DNA of 64,000 nt, taken from Escherichia phage slur02. Made by a program: the position numbers and the translations under genes. Every line of letters starts with the position of its first letter. Within the stretch, counting starts at the first letter, position 1. The stretch is taken from sequence record NC_028927.1. One strand, given 5' to 3'. Below the pieces are notes generated by a model. That model saw nothing but the letters and a program-made list of their open reading frames with translations, was not told the DNA's origin and ran no database searches. Below, piece after piece: positions 1 through 9,969 of the stretch.

Positions 1-65
1 CAATAAAATGCCTTATTAGATTTTTATCTTTATCATTGAGAGAATTAAAATAATCAGATTTTGAA

Positions 66-362
66 TTAATTTCCCTGGCCAAATTGAATCACCTTCAGTT
101 GACGTTTTAATTCTTTTATCATCTCTTCGTTCATCGCAATATAAAGATCGCGTAAAGCAGGTTTTAGCATTCCATTTGCTGGAGAACTAAATGGACATAC
201 ATAATCTTTTCCTACGAGCTTTTTGGTGAATTCCATATTACAGAACTTAAACCCCGGTTCATTGGTATAAATTCCCCAATTAGTTGACATCATTTTATTG
301 GCATATTCTAGTGCCTGGATTTGATTCATAATTCCATCAATTTGAAACTTTTTAATATTCAT
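66..362 (-). CDS. hypothetical protein (98 aa)
   Basis: Track ORF; 1-nt stop/start overlap with upstream ORF; same strand as flanking early genes. Confidence 0.45.
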   Translation of the reverse strand: MNIKKFQIDGIMNQIQALEYANKMMSTNWGIYTNEPGFKFCNMEFTKKLVGKDYVCPFSSPANGMLKPALRDLYIAMNEEMIKELKRQLKVIQFGQGN

Positions 363-823
363 TAGTAAAGGTCCTCAGAGTAAAGTTCTTTTTCACTACC
401 ACCACGTTCAATACGTACTTGTCCAGCGTAAGTTGCAATAATCATTGCTTCTTCACGTGTCCAATAATTACTATATTGGTCAATAAACCCTTGGTCATCA
501 TTACAAACTTGTTGAGTAACTAATTGAGGTTTAACTACATCTAAAACTTCTGCCATATCTTTAGAATAATGACGAGCACCTGGAATAATAAGAGTTCGTC
601 CATCTTTTAATTTAAAACGGTTGGCTGCACAAACAATTCGTCGTTGATACTTTTGGTTTTCATCCCAATACGCAGTCTGCCAACAGATTTCAGGAACTTC
701 TTTCAGAATATCTTCTTCTGTGCATTTATAACCATGCGCTTTAAATTTTTCAACAAGACTTTCTGGAGTTTCACGAGATAAAGGCACATTCAGCATTTTT
801 AAACGATTAATAAATGGGTTCAT
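362..823 (-). CDS. hypothetical protein (153 aa)
   Basis: Track ORF; ATGA overlap with ORF 820..1149. Confidence 0.5.
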   Translation of the reverse strand: MNPFINRLKMLNVPLSRETPESLVEKFKAHGYKCTEEDILKEVPEICWQTAYWDENQKYQRRIVCAANRFKLKDGRTLIIPGARHYSKDMAEVLDVVKPQLVTQQVCNDDQGFIDQYSNYWTREEAMIIATYAGQVRIERGGSEKELYSEDLY

Positions 824-1149
824 TTAAACCATCCTTTAATACGTTGCCACAAAGTTTTCTGTTGAGCTTTGTTAACACCAATTGAGCGAATAACTGGTTG
901 AGATTCCTGGAATTCTTTATAATCAGCAAGGTAAATTTCGTAAGCTGCATCCGTAAATGAACTTATCGCCGCCATAAAATTATTGCGAATACCTACTGGA
1001 GCATCTTTACTTTCACGAATAATCATGTATTTACCAGTCTTAATCTTTACGATAGTTCCAAGATAAGCTCCATGGTACCAGATGTCCCACCCCTCTTGAG
1101 TGGGTTCTGCACAACGACGAAGTTCATTAACAATTTCTAACTTGTTCAT
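820..1149 (-). CDS. hypothetical protein (109 aa), immediately downstream of motA
   Basis: Track ORF; position corresponds to motA.1 of T4. Confidence 0.5.
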   Translation of the reverse strand: MNKLEIVNELRRCAEPTQEGWDIWYHGAYLGTIVKIKTGKYMIIRESKDAPVGIRNNFMAAISSFTDAAYEIYLADYKEFQESQPVIRSIGVNKAQQKTLWQRIKGWFK

Positions 1150-1159
1150 TATTTATTCC

Positions 1160-1795
1160 TCACAGTTCAGATGCTACGGTGATTACTGCTTCAATGTTTT
1201 CTGCCGAGCGTTTAATGTCAAGATACACATTACCGTTTTTAGCGATTTTACATGACATTCCGATATCAGTAAATTTCTGAATATGATGTTCCATCATTTT
1301 GTATCCAAAAATTCGCATATTTCCATTGTTGTTAATTTCAAAATTGCGAATTCCGTGAGTGCGTTTTTCTAAAATAGCAAGATAGTTACTGCGGTAAGTT
1401 TCAACCTTTTTAAGAACAAATCCATTTTCATCTAAAAGTTTTAACATGAAGTCTTTATCTTCTTCCATATCGGAAGTAATCTCACGAGCTTTACGAGTCG
1501 CCCGTTTTTTCAGTAGTTCAGGAGCATTTTCCTGCGCATATAAAGTTGCTGCATTTGAAATAATATCCTGAGCTTCACCAGTAATGATTAATCCATCACC
1601 AGATTTCTCCACCAGGCCTTTTTTAATCAATACCCCAATATTACTATTAACTACTGCGTTACCTAAATCTGGATGCACCTCACGAACTTCTGCAGCTGTA
1701 ATGAAATCTTTCTTAGCAATAGTAATTAAAATCGCAGCGGTTTTTTCATTCAGAACATCGTTAGAAGCTTTGATGATGTAAGTTACTTTAGACAT
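1160..1795 (-). CDS. motA: MotA, activator of middle-mode transcription
   Basis: 211 aa, N-terminus MSKVTYIIKASNDVLNEK matches T4 MotA as recalled; GGAG SD upstream; early promoter upstream. Confidence 0.9.
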   Translation of the reverse strand: MSKVTYIIKASNDVLNEKTAAILITIAKKDFITAAEVREVHPDLGNAVVNSNIGVLIKKGLVEKSGDGLIITGEAQDIISNAATLYAQENAPELLKKRATRKAREITSDMEEDKDFMLKLLDENGFVLKKVETYRSNYLAILEKRTHGIRNFEINNNGNMRIFGYKMMEHHIQKFTDIGMSCKIAKNGNVYLDIKRSAENIEAVITVASEL

Positions 1796-1829
1796 TTTCT
1801 AATCTCCGTAATTCTGTATCAGTAGTTGA

Positions 1830-1872
1830 TAGTTGTATAGTACCACAGTATGCTTTGGTTGTAAACCGTTTT
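1830..1872 (-). promoter_or_regulatory. T4-type early promoter upstream of motA
   Basis: Minus strand AT-rich UP region, GTTTAC -35, 17-nt spacer, TACTAT -10. Confidence 0.6.
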
Positions 1873-1896
1873 GTGAAAAAAATTTTAAAATAAAAA

Positions 1897-1916
1897 GGGA
1901 GAGCCAAGGCTCTCCC
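1897..1916 (-). terminator. intrinsic terminator hairpin
   Basis: GGGAGAGCC / GGCTCTCCC stem followed by U-tract on minus strand. Confidence 0.6.
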
Positions 1917-1921
1917 TAAAA

Positions 1922-2071
1922 TTACTGCATGACTGTGATAACTGTCATGATAACACGTTGAATTCCGAACGCAAGAAGACCTCCTGCTACGGCTGGAACA
2001 ACGCCTAAACCCGCCAGTAAAATGCTACCGGATACTAATGCAGCGCTTGTAATACCAATGAATGGACTCAT
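1922..2071 (-). CDS. small hydrophobic membrane peptide (49 aa)
   Basis: ORF below track cutoff, MSPFIGITSAALVSGSILLAGLGVVPAVAGGLLAFGIQRVIMTVITVMQ; ATGA overlap with gene 52 stop; hairpin terminator follows. Confidence 0.4.
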   Translation of the reverse strand: MSPFIGITSAALVSGSILLAGLGVVPAVAGGLLAFGIQRVIMTVITVMQ

Positions 2072-3396
2072 TTGATTTCCTCTAAATCTTTAGTGTATTC
2101 AGTAACTACATCAGTAGTTTTCCAATATTCGTTTTCTTCTTTCTTAGCTTTAGCTTCTTCAGCAAGTTTCTTCGCTTCATCGGAAGTCATATGAAAAATA
2201 TTCATTCCAACTAGTTTATCAACATAAGAAGAATACATATCGATTTTCGAAAGTTCTTCGGTCAGTTCTTTACGAGTTTTACCTTGTACAACAATTTCAC
2301 CTGAAATTACTTTCTTAATGAAATGTGCCTTGGCAAAGGCTAAACGAAAAGCTGACTCAGTTTCTTTGATTTTGTTATCAATTCGTTTTTGGACATAAGT
2401 TTTACGAACTTCAACAAAGTCTTTAATTAAATCGACTACGTTATCGTAAACTTGTAGCTTTCCTTTCTCATTAATAACGGTAATATTTTGGGAACGACGC
2501 TCAATCAACCCAAAGTCTTTCATAATTTTTGCATGGCGTTCTTCTTCATTATCGCTCAAAGAATATTCTTTACGGAATTTAACTTTAAAGCCAAAACCAT
2601 GCTCACCACAAGCATCATCCCATGTAATGAAGCCTTTATCTTCAAGTGGGTCTAAGATTTTACTCACATAAGTTTCACGATCATACTTATACGGAATCTC
2701 AGTGATGTGCATTTGAGTTCGTGAAGTAAACTTATATGTTCCACGAATTTCATATTGTCCATCAATTTCAACGACTTCACCACGAAATTCTGGGAATTCT
2801 ACCTTCGGTTTAGTTACTTTCTTTCCTTGAAGAGCTTGTAGTACAGCTTTCTTGACAGAAGAAACACTATGAGGAAGAATGTAAGTTGCATAACCAGTTG
2901 CAATACCGGAAACGCCATTAAGAAGAACAGTAGGAATAATAGGCAAATAGAAAGCAGGCGGAATGTGTTCTTTATCTTGATGTACCGGAGCATACTCAGT
3001 ATCTTTATATACGTTATAGAAATTTTTACTTACACGAGCAAAAATATAACGACTTGCTGCTGCTTTTTGGACAGTACGAGAACCAAAGTTTCCTTGACCA
3101 TCTAACAGAGGAAAGTTATTATTCCAAGTGTTAGCCATCAAAGCACCTGCGTCTTGCGCAGAGTTTTCACCATGATGATATCCAAGGTCCGCTACACCAC
3201 CTGCAATAGAAGCGAGTTTGTGAAACTTATCTTTATTTCCTCGTGCCAAATCAAGAGCTCGAGCAATAACAAATCGTTGAACTGGCTTAAATCCATCAAT
3301 CATATTTGGAATAGCACGATTTTCAACCGTGTACATAGCATAAGCCAATGCTTCATTATCAATGATACTTTTTAAATCGCGATTATTCAGTTGCAT
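2068..3396 (-). CDS. 52: DNA topoisomerase II medium subunit gp52 (GyrA-like)
   Basis: 442 aa, same length as T4 gp52; GyrA-like N-terminus (AIPNMIDGFKPVQRFV). Confidence 0.9.
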   Translation of the reverse strand: MQLNNRDLKSIIDNEALAYAMYTVENRAIPNMIDGFKPVQRFVIARALDLARGNKDKFHKLASIAGGVADLGYHHGENSAQDAGALMANTWNNNFPLLDGQGNFGSRTVQKAAASRYIFARVSKNFYNVYKDTEYAPVHQDKEHIPPAFYLPIIPTVLLNGVSGIATGYATYILPHSVSSVKKAVLQALQGKKVTKPKVEFPEFRGEVVEIDGQYEIRGTYKFTSRTQMHITEIPYKYDRETYVSKILDPLEDKGFITWDDACGEHGFGFKVKFRKEYSLSDNEEERHAKIMKDFGLIERRSQNITVINEKGKLQVYDNVVDLIKDFVEVRKTYVQKRIDNKIKETESAFRLAFAKAHFIKKVISGEIVVQGKTRKELTEELSKIDMYSSYVDKLVGMNIFHMTSDEAKKLAEEAKAKKEENEYWKTTDVVTEYTKDLEEIK

Positions 3397-3468
3397 AAAT
3401 TTACCATACTAGTGAATGTAGTGCCATAATAACATCAGAAATGAAAAGCACGACTTGAATTAATCCGA
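3397..3468 (-). CDS. very small hydrophobic ORF (23 aa), possible 52.1-like peptide
   Basis: MFGLIQVVLFISDVIMALHSLVW read on minus strand just upstream of gene 52 start; weak SD. Confidence 0.2.
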
Positions 3469-3533
3469 ACATTATTCCGTAATATAATGCTATCAATAAA
3501 ATAGCAAGGGCTAATGAATAGCCCAAGATTTTC

Positions 3534-3692
3534 TTAATCATTAGTAGATAACAACACAAATGTTAAATATGCACACATACCCTGAGCTAAAGCTTGCGAA
3601 AACACACTGCTGGCATCAATACAGATAGTTAAAACACATGCTACTATCCAACAAATAAATGAAATAACTCCTAATAATTTTGCAATATTCAT
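3534..3692 (-). CDS. ac: Ac, small membrane protein (acriflavine sensitivity)
   Basis: 52-aa hydrophobic ORF MNIAKLLGVISFICWIVACVLTICIDASSVFSQALAQGMCAYLTFVLLSTND; GAGGA SD; position between 52 and stp as in T4. Confidence 0.6.
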   Translation of the reverse strand: MNIAKLLGVISFICWIVACVLTICIDASSVFSQALAQGMCAYLTFVLLSTND

Positions 3693-3699
3693 ATTTTCC

Positions 3700-3780
3700 T
3701 CACTGGTGTCCGAAGACGCCTTTGGTTTTAAGATTGTTACGATAGAACTGCATCACGTGTTCGTTGTGGAAATTACTCAT
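3700..3780 (-). CDS. stp: Stp peptide (26 aa), modulator of host Prr anticodon nuclease/restriction complex
   Basis: Hand translation [26 protein letters not shown]; TAATG overlap with ndd stop. Confidence 0.7.
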   Translation of the reverse strand: MSNFHNEHVMQFYRNNLKTKGVFGHQ

Positions 3781-4238
3781 TAATATGCCTGCAAAACAAA
3801 TTTAAAGTTATCAGCCAACATACGGTTCATTTCTTCAAGTGTTTGATACTCAGAATGATGATTACGAGTAAACGCTAAAGCTAACTGTCCTTTTCCAAAT
3901 CCCGTCGTCAGAGGTTTCATCTTAGAAGCAGGCAGATAAAATACTGTGTATGGAACATTGTTATTTGCAATAGTACGTGCAAGTTGAGACCGACGCTGGC
4001 GAATATGACTTAGAACCGCACTGAATCCTTGCTTAGAACGCTGATTACCTACATAAAATCGTGCAGACACACATGGATTACTAAATGGACGACCATCTAA
4101 TTTACTTACTAAAAAGTAAAATCCAGGTTTAGATAAAATATCTTTATGCGGAGTTCCTAAAAACCATTCACCACCCTTGATTGTACCAATAACAGTTGCG
4201 CCTGCATTATTCAGATCAGTAACAGTCATGTATTTCAT
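3780..4238 (-). CDS. ndd: Ndd, nucleoid disruption protein
   Basis: Track ORF trimmed to internal ATG with GAGGA SD ([18 protein letters not shown]...), about 152 aa as in T4. Confidence 0.85.
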   Translation of the reverse strand: MKYMTVTDLNNAGATVIGTIKGGEWFLGTPHKDILSKPGFYFLVSKLDGRPFSNPCVSARFYVGNQRSKQGFSAVLSHIRQRRSQLARTIANNNVPYTVFYLPASKMKPLTTGFGKGQLALAFTRNHHSEYQTLEEMNRMLADNFKFVLQAY

Positions 4239-4298
4239 ATTAATTTCCTCTAAATTATTTTCTACTCCAAGGCCGCATAAATACACACGGCCATTAAA

Positions 4299-4514
4299 TT
4301 AATCGTCGCAGTCGACGCTCAATTCCCAAAACTCTTCTACAGTATAAGTTTCAGTATCATTTTCAATACAGAAACGTTCATTACTGTTATTTGCTAAAGT
4401 AGCGTTAACTGTCATTTTCTCGCTGGTGCTCTTAAGAGGTGAAATACGAATTAACTGATCACCGTTATCTAAACAGAAAATTTCACCAACTTTTACATCT
4501 TTAAAGATTTTCAT
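4299..4514 (-). CDS. hypothetical protein (71 aa)
   Basis: Track ORF in ndd-denB small-gene cluster. Confidence 0.45.
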   Translation of the reverse strand: MKIFKDVKVGEIFCLDNGDQLIRISPLKSTSEKMTVNATLANNSNERFCIENDTETYTVEEFWELSVDCDD

Positions 4515-4517
4515 AAT

Positions 4518-4631
4518 TCACCTCAAGGAGTATAAAATCCAAATGCAGTTGTTGACCATCCCATCCAATACGGAAAAATTTGCACCAATGTAAAACATAA
4601 GAATATAAAACCAAATGTTTAGTAAATTCAT
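4518..4631 (-). CDS. small hydrophobic peptide (37 aa)
   Basis: Hand-translated MNLLNIWFYILMFYIGANFSVLDGMVNNCIWILYSLR; TAATG coupling to upstream gene. Confidence 0.3.
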   Translation of the reverse strand: MNLLNIWFYILMFYIGANFSVLDGMVNNCIWILYSLR

Positions 4632-4828
4632 TATTTTACACCATTCCAAATTGTTTCAACCACAGATTTTAAACCATTTTGATGAATATCAATTCCGACT
4701 ACTGTCATCAAATAGATTCCAACTACAACTGAACCTAAGGCAAAAATCAGCATGAAAATGAATAAAGCCGGAAAAATATTATCGAAAAACCATTCAATAA
4801 ATGTAAAAGCACTGCGTTTACGCTTCAT
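4631..4828 (-). CDS. small membrane protein (65 aa)
   Basis: Track ORF trimmed to ATG with GAGGA SD (MKRKRSAFTF...); hydrophobic helix. Confidence 0.4.
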   Translation of the reverse strand: MKRKRSAFTFIEWFFDNIFPALFIFMLIFALGSVVVGIYLMTVVGIDIHQNGLKSVVETIWNGVK

Positions 4829-4835
4829 ATTTTCC

Positions 4836-4949
4836 TCACATAAATCCAAAGTAAACGTTTAATACATCAATCATTAAAACGATTGGGAATATACTCAAAA
4901 CTATTAGTATTATAACTACATTCCATATAGCTTTAATAATCTTTTTCAT
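4836..4949 (-). CDS. small membrane peptide (37 aa)
   Basis: MKKIIKAIWNVVIILIVLSIFPIVLMIDVLNVYFGFM; the longer track ORF contains an early promoter, so start moved to ATG after GGAGGAACAG. Confidence 0.35.
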   Translation of the reverse strand: MKKIIKAIWNVVIILIVLSIFPIVLMIDVLNVYFGFM

Positions 4950-5192
4950 TTTCTGTTCCTCCGTAGTTGATAGGGTAATAATACCACGGAAGAACAGTCC
5001 TGTAAACAACTTTTTTAAAAATATTCGTAATAAATGTGAATACCAACTACTACCGCTGAAACCTGTGCAACCCACCACGCACAAGCAATAAGTACAGAAT
5101 TCATAATTTTCATAATAACCTCATCACAAAAGTAAATGTTAAACAAATTACTGGAATACTAATTAACCAAACAAAACACCACCATAGTGAAC

Positions 5193-5465
5193 TCATAGCT
5201 CAATCTCAGCGATTTTCATTTCATTACTATTAATAGCCGCTTTAAGACTATCTGAAAGAATTACATTCCAGTGGTCATTCATATGACCATTAATTAAGCG
5301 TGTAATTTCTTCTGGAGTTGAAAAATAAGGCGTATCAGACTCCCAATGCGATAATCCTAAGCGAGTATAAATCATACCTTCATCATCGCTAGAATATTCA
5401 ACTGACACAAACTCATCAGTTATTTTATGTTTAGCGTAATAAAATTTAAATTTCATTTTACTCAA
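5193..5465 (-). CDS. hypothetical protein (90 aa)
   Basis: Track ORF; ATGA overlap with upstream ORF. Confidence 0.5.
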   Translation of the reverse strand: MSKMKFKFYYAKHKITDEFVSVEYSSDDEGMIYTRLGLSHWESDTPYFSTPEEITRLINGHMNDHWNVILSDSLKAAINSNEMKIAEIEL

Positions 5466-5668
5466 TAATCCGCTAAAAGATCGACGATTGCATCACGAAG
5501 ACACTTATTCGCAATACGTTTAAGAGCAATTTCAGTTTCTGGAGCATTTTGAATAATCATCGAATTCAACTCAGCCTCAGCAAACTGAAGTTCTTTAACT
5601 AGTTCAGCTTTATATTTCCCTTGCCCTTTCTTAGCCTTTGCCCGTTTTAATTCAGCTGTAGTAAACAT
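5462..5668 (-). CDS. hypothetical protein (68 aa)
   Basis: Track ORF trimmed to ATG after conserved leader TTGGAGAATAAAATG. Confidence 0.5.
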   Translation of the reverse strand: MFTTAELKRAKAKKGQGKYKAELVKELQFAEAELNSMIIQNAPETEIALKRIANKCLRDAIVDLLADY

Positions 5669-5695
5669 TTTATTCTCCAAATCCGTATCAGTTGA

Positions 5696-5738
5696 TAGTT
5701 GTATAGTACCACAGTCCTTGTGGTATGTAAACTGTTTT
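5696..5738 (-). promoter_or_regulatory. early promoter with conserved leader
   Basis: GTTTAC, about 17 nt, TACTAT, followed by leader ending TTGGAGAATAAAATG. Confidence 0.55.
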
Positions 5739-5750
5739 ATGAAATTTTTT

Positions 5751-6308
5751 TTAAATAGAAAGATACCATCCGTTGTAGTTGCTTTTTCTTACAACCTTAC
5801 GAAGGTCTTCTCTGTCACCGATGAACTTCGGAGTGTACTGGATGACACCTGGATGAATTTCTTTAGTGTTGAATATAATTATACAGTCCGCGACTTGATG
5901 ATTTAGAATGGGCCCTAGATTTATTCCAGAACCGTATGGATACTCTCCGCTGCATCCTGTTGTTACAGAAATCCAACGTGAGTCAGTTTGGTGTGTCTTA
6001 ACTTCTACACGAAGCCCGCAGTATCTTGGATGCGCCAATACATCCCATGCGTATGTATACGGGTCATTAACATCTTCTTGACCTTTATTAACATATCCGC
6101 TTAGCCAATCTGCCACAAAAAACTCTGCGTACACAGCGATACGACATCTTTCGATAACTTCTGCTTTATCCTGGTTCGGGTTTTGTTTTAAAGAGTATCT
6201 TGCTGTATCAGCAATTTTGACCTTCATTTCACTAGTCAAGTCACTGTTCGATAGGGTAAATGTCGGAATCTGAAATAGTCTCTGTAAACCCGGATTCGTT
6301 TTCTGCAT
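5751..6308 (-). CDS. denB: DenB, endonuclease IV
   Basis: 185 aa as in T4 DenB; synteny next to rIIB. Confidence 0.8.
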   Translation of the reverse strand: MQKTNPGLQRLFQIPTFTLSNSDLTSEMKVKIADTARYSLKQNPNQDKAEVIERCRIAVYAEFFVADWLSGYVNKGQEDVNDPYTYAWDVLAHPRYCGLRVEVKTHQTDSRWISVTTGCSGEYPYGSGINLGPILNHQVADCIIIFNTKEIHPGVIQYTPKFIGDREDLRKVVRKSNYNGWYLSI

Positions 6309-6570
6309 TTAGACTTTCCTTTTTGCCGCTGAGATAGGCGTTATATACTTTAAGAGTACCATAATAAATTCGGTCATTTTCATCTAAAGACTCGCGGTCA
6401 AGTTCATCGAGCTCCTTTTTATCCATGACTATAACATCATTACAGTAAAGAAACCCAAGTTTTTCGTGACCAAACTCAAATTTATTACAGTACACAATAT
6501 TAGCGTGATGATTTCCGTGCAGTTTAATCTCTTTTATGTCGGAATCACCGATATTCATACAATAAATCAT
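6241..6570 (-). CDS. hypothetical protein (109 aa)
   Basis: Track ORF; overlaps denB 5' end so one of the two starts is probably internal. Confidence 0.45.
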   Translation of the reverse strand: MIYCMNIGDSDIKEIKLHGNHHANIVYCNKFEFGHEKLGFLYCNDVIVMDKKELDELDRESLDENDRIYYGTLKVYNAYLSGKKESLNAENESGFTETISDSDIYPIEQ

Positions 6571-6587
6571 AATTTTTCCTTAAAACA

Positions 6588-6605
6588 AAAGGGCCGAAGC
6601 CCTTT
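6588..6605 (-). terminator. UUCG-tetraloop hairpin
   Basis: AAAGGGC-UUCG-GCCCUUU then U-rich run. Confidence 0.5.
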
Positions 6606-6608
6606 ATT

Positions 6609-6803
6609 TTACTTGAATTGTGCAATTCTTTTCTCTAGACATTCAGCATAAGATTTCATTGAGATGAACTGTGAAAGTAGTAGTTCTTGCTCAACTGCAC
6701 TAACTGTTAGAAACTTTGCGCTTTCTAAAAATTTGTTCAGTGCATTAATTTTGAGCATTAATTGATCGTATTCTTCTTTTACTCGTGCTTGATAACCTAA
6801 CAT
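6609..6803 (-). CDS. hypothetical protein (64 aa)
   Basis: Track ORF between rIIB and denB; flanked by hairpins. Confidence 0.5.
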   Translation of the reverse strand: MLGYQARVKEEYDQLMLKINALNKFLESAKFLTVSAVEQELLLSQFISMKSYAECLEKRIAQFK

Positions 6804-6831
6804 AATTTTCCTTAGTTAAGGGACGAAGCCC

Positions 6832-7770
6832 TTATTTAAATTGTTCAGTAACGTCTTCAACTACTTCGTATTGGCAGGTACGCATTTTAGCGTCGTTGTA
6901 ATCAATCGGAATTGATACTACATCGCGAGGATGTACTTTAACTTTTACAACTCGGCTGGTTGAACTGCCAAAGTGACGAATATAAGATTTAGAACACACA
7001 TGCAGACCACGAGAACAAGTTTGTGTATCATCGTCATTCACACGAGTACGTGGCATTTTAACTACTTTACCAGGACTGTTATCAAAGGTGTTTGAGTGAC
7101 AGTCAAAGTAATTGCTGCGAACTACTTTCCAAGCATAGAAGTAACCATCTTCTGTAATTTCAATATCGTTTGCTACCAAGAAATCAAAGAGTCGAGATAC
7201 AGCTTTTTGGCTTGGGTTTTCCAACAGATTTTCCAAGAACGGAAAATAAAATTCAAAGTTTTCGCCTTTTTCCATCGAGTCAAGAATACGATCAACCAAA
7301 CCAGACCGCAATTCGATATTTTGATAGAACAAGCTTCCACCTTCAATTCGAACATCACCGGAAATATATTTTTCAACAGCGCGACGAACATTAATTTTTT
7401 GTGCAGCTTCTTCCAGCTTATCCGCTACAAGCAGATTAAGAATTTCCTGGAAGTTTGAATGAGTATTAGGAGTTGCGTTATAAGTTACACCGTCAACAGT
7501 AATTGAAATGAATTTTTTAGATGCATTCCAAATAATGTCAGATTTAGCAACTGGAGCAATAACTGCATCGCTATTAACTTTAACTGTAATATCACCGCTA
7601 ATAGTAACTTTAGAGCGTTTAGCTTCTTCAGCATTTTTCAAAACACGACGGATTGTGTCAACTGATACATCCTTCCAATAAGCCAATTCCTGTTGGGTGT
7701 AATTACCGCTTGAATACAGTTTAACAATTTCAGCTTGTTCGTTTTTGGTCAGGCATTTAATATTGTACAT
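6832..7770 (-). CDS. rIIB: RIIB protein
   Basis: 312 aa, same length as T4 rIIB; synteny with rIIA. Confidence 0.9.
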   Translation of the reverse strand: MYNIKCLTKNEQAEIVKLYSSGNYTQQELAYWKDVSVDTIRRVLKNAEEAKRSKVTISGDITVKVNSDAVIAPVAKSDIIWNASKKFISITVDGVTYNATPNTHSNFQEILNLLVADKLEEAAQKINVRRAVEKYISGDVRIEGGSLFYQNIELRSGLVDRILDSMEKGENFEFYFPFLENLLENPSQKAVSRLFDFLVANDIEITEDGYFYAWKVVRSNYFDCHSNTFDNSPGKVVKMPRTRVNDDDTQTCSRGLHVCSKSYIRHFGSSTSRVVKVKVHPRDVVSIPIDYNDAKMRTCQYEVVEDVTEQFK

Positions 7771-7781
7771 AATTTTCCTTA

Positions 7782-9959
7782 TTAGGCCGCAAGGGCCTTC
7801 ATAGTTTTAGCGATTTGGGAAACTTCATCATCACTTAAAGAGTTGCGATAACCGATGAAGTCGGAAACAATACGGAATTTCTTGGTAAACTCAGCAACCA
7901 TTTTATCACTGTTTTTTGAAGCATTATTTGATAATACATCAAAAAGATTAGTTACTGTCCAGATGTCATGACCAATGGTATCTTTTCCACCATTAAAATA
8001 TACACCGCGCAATGAACTAACTATATTAGCGAGTCGTGTATATTCTTCAGAAACTTCATCTGTGCTGAAGTACTTCATCATAAAATCTAGTTCAGGATAC
8101 TTGATAATTTTATCAATATATCGTTGAGCTGAACTTGAATAACCTACGTACTTATCATAATCTACATCATCAAAAGCATCTACATATAAATCGCGCAAAG
8201 CTTCAAAAATACATTGGCACTGACCGAGTTCTTTTACCTTTTTCTGCAAAAGCGGACGAATAACATAAAACTCATTAATGCCAATAATATTAGCCATACG
8301 AATCAAAATATTCATAGATGGATGACAAAGAGATGTAGTACCATCCATAGAGAAAATATCAGAACGATGCATATACGCTACATAACCAGTAATTTCATCT
8401 GCTTCTGATGTGAGCGTAAATAATTCCTCTTTTTCCCAGCGCCCGTCTTTAATTTCAAACTTAAATGCTGTAGCAGCTTTAGGACGAGGAGCTTTACTTT
8501 TAACTACCTTTGGAATATAGCTTTTAACTAAAGCTTCAATTTCTGACAAATAATGAATGTTAACTTCATCACTTTCAAACATCGCCATAATATCAGGGAG
8601 TAAATCAATCTGCGATTCTACTTCTGGATTAATAAACAGAAGACGCTCATTATGATGAATATTCAGAGTGTTATTAAATTCACTATCATCTAACGCACGT
8701 GCTAATCCACGGACAATATTAACACGATTTTTAATATTATCAATAACGATATTAATTTTTGTTGTATTAATACCAAACAGACGATAACTTGATGCAACGG
8801 CTGAAGTTTCATGACTTTGCTTAATGCGCTTCAGTCGAGGGTCAAGATTTACTTCATACACAACTCCCGCGTTGCATAACTTACTGTCAGGTTCAAACAT
8901 GCTCTGCATCTTTTTATATGACAGATTTTTAGTCGTGAATTTGACTGAATTGCTAATCATATAATCTCGAGCAGAATACCCCATCTTCATCAATTCACGG
9001 TATGTATGACGAGGAGATGTAGATTCTTTAAATCGTTTTACATCTTCATTAAATGCTTTCTCACTGAGTTCTTTAACTCGTTCAATAATATTTTTACGAG
9101 TACGATCATCCAGTGAAAGAGCCTCGCGAGATGGAGCAATATCAAGCGAACCCATTGGAAACTTAATGTAATTCACTTCATTGCGGATGCTTAACCAGTT
9201 ACGGTCTCTAATAACACCATCGATAGGATAAACAATACCGCCGTAGATAGCATATAATCCACCACGATCTGGCCAGTATCTTTCTGGATTTACACCGTAA
9301 TAATCATCAAAATCCGGAAAATAATCAATTTCGCGGTCAAGACCATTAATGATAGCCAAATCTTTGAACGGTCGCATGATATAAGAAACTTCATAAGCAA
9401 AGTTTCTAAAGTCTTTTTCTTCAACTGGAACTACGATTTCAATACCAGTTTTATCATCTGGACCCATTTCTTTTACGAATGTAGGTTTAATCTGTGGACC
9501 ATCACCATCCATATAAGCTACATAACCACGAATTTCACCTTTATGATACGAAGTAATACTAAATGTATCAGTATAACTAAACGGAGATTTAGAACCTAAA
9601 CCAAATCCGCCAATGAAATCGTTAGATTCAGCCTTAGATGAACTGAAGTATGAATTATACAGACCAGGAGAATTATCATCACCCTGAATATCAAAATCAC
9701 TCATACCGGGACCAAAATCTCGGCAAACAAATCGTGGATCTAAACGTCCAGGAACTTGTATGATAAATTTTTCAGGATTTCCATTGAGTGCATGGGCATC
9801 AATCATGTTGGTAATCAATTCACGGACTACTGCGCGAATTTTGTTTGTATACAAATCAGATGACAGAATTTTAAATACTTTAGGAGATGCTGTGATGCTA
9901 AATGCTTTTGATTTAGAACCATTACCAAGAATTGTTTCTTTTTCAGTGGTGATAATCAT
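7782..9959 (-). CDS. rIIA: RIIA protein (GHKL ATPase-like N-terminus)
   Basis: 725 aa, same length as T4 rIIA; motif [11 protein letters not shown]. Confidence 0.9.
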   Translation of the reverse strand: MIITTEKETILGNGSKSKAFSITASPKVFKILSSDLYTNKIRAVVRELITNMIDAHALNGNPEKFIIQVPGRLDPRFVCRDFGPGMSDFDIQGDDNSPGLYNSYFSSSKAESNDFIGGFGLGSKSPFSYTDTFSITSYHKGEIRGYVAYMDGDGPQIKPTFVKEMGPDDKTGIEIVVPVEEKDFRNFAYEVSYIMRPFKDLAIINGLDREIDYFPDFDDYYGVNPERYWPDRGGLYAIYGGIVYPIDGVIRDRNWLSIRNEVNYIKFPMGSLDIAPSREALSLDDRTRKNIIERVKELSEKAFNEDVKRFKESTSPRHTYRELMKMGYSARDYMISNSVKFTTKNLSYKKMQSMFEPDSKLCNAGVVYEVNLDPRLKRIKQSHETSAVASSYRLFGINTTKINIVIDNIKNRVNIVRGLARALDDSEFNNTLNIHHNERLLFINPEVESQIDLLPDIMAMFESDEVNIHYLSEIEALVKSYIPKVVKSKAPRPKAATAFKFEIKDGRWEKEELFTLTSEADEITGYVAYMHRSDIFSMDGTTSLCHPSMNILIRMANIIGINEFYVIRPLLQKKVKELGQCQCIFEALRDLYVDAFDDVDYDKYVGYSSSAQRYIDKIIKYPELDFMMKYFSTDEVSEEYTRLANIVSSLRGVYFNGGKDTIGHDIWTVTNLFDVLSNNASKNSDKMVAEFTKKFRIVSDFIGYRNSLSDDEVSQIAKTMKALAA

Positions 9960-9969
9960 AATTTCCTCA

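Noticed and set aside
4836-5084. 82-aa track ORF and other 5'-extended ORF versions (57941..59053, 62300..62533, 13582..13863, 5462..5680, 32536..32784, 23298..23909)
   Set aside because: The extensions run through promoter or leader sequence and appear to start at non-ATG codons; internal ATGs with good SDs were used instead.
7096-7458. Plus-strand ORFs from the track that lie wholly inside long minus-strand genes (this one, 2869..3105, 8214..8408, 33727..34071, 37683..38099, 40094..40477, 49439..49894 and others)
   Set aside because: They are antisense to well-supported conserved genes, have no SD, and have low-complexity composition typical of chance ORFs in AT-rich DNA.
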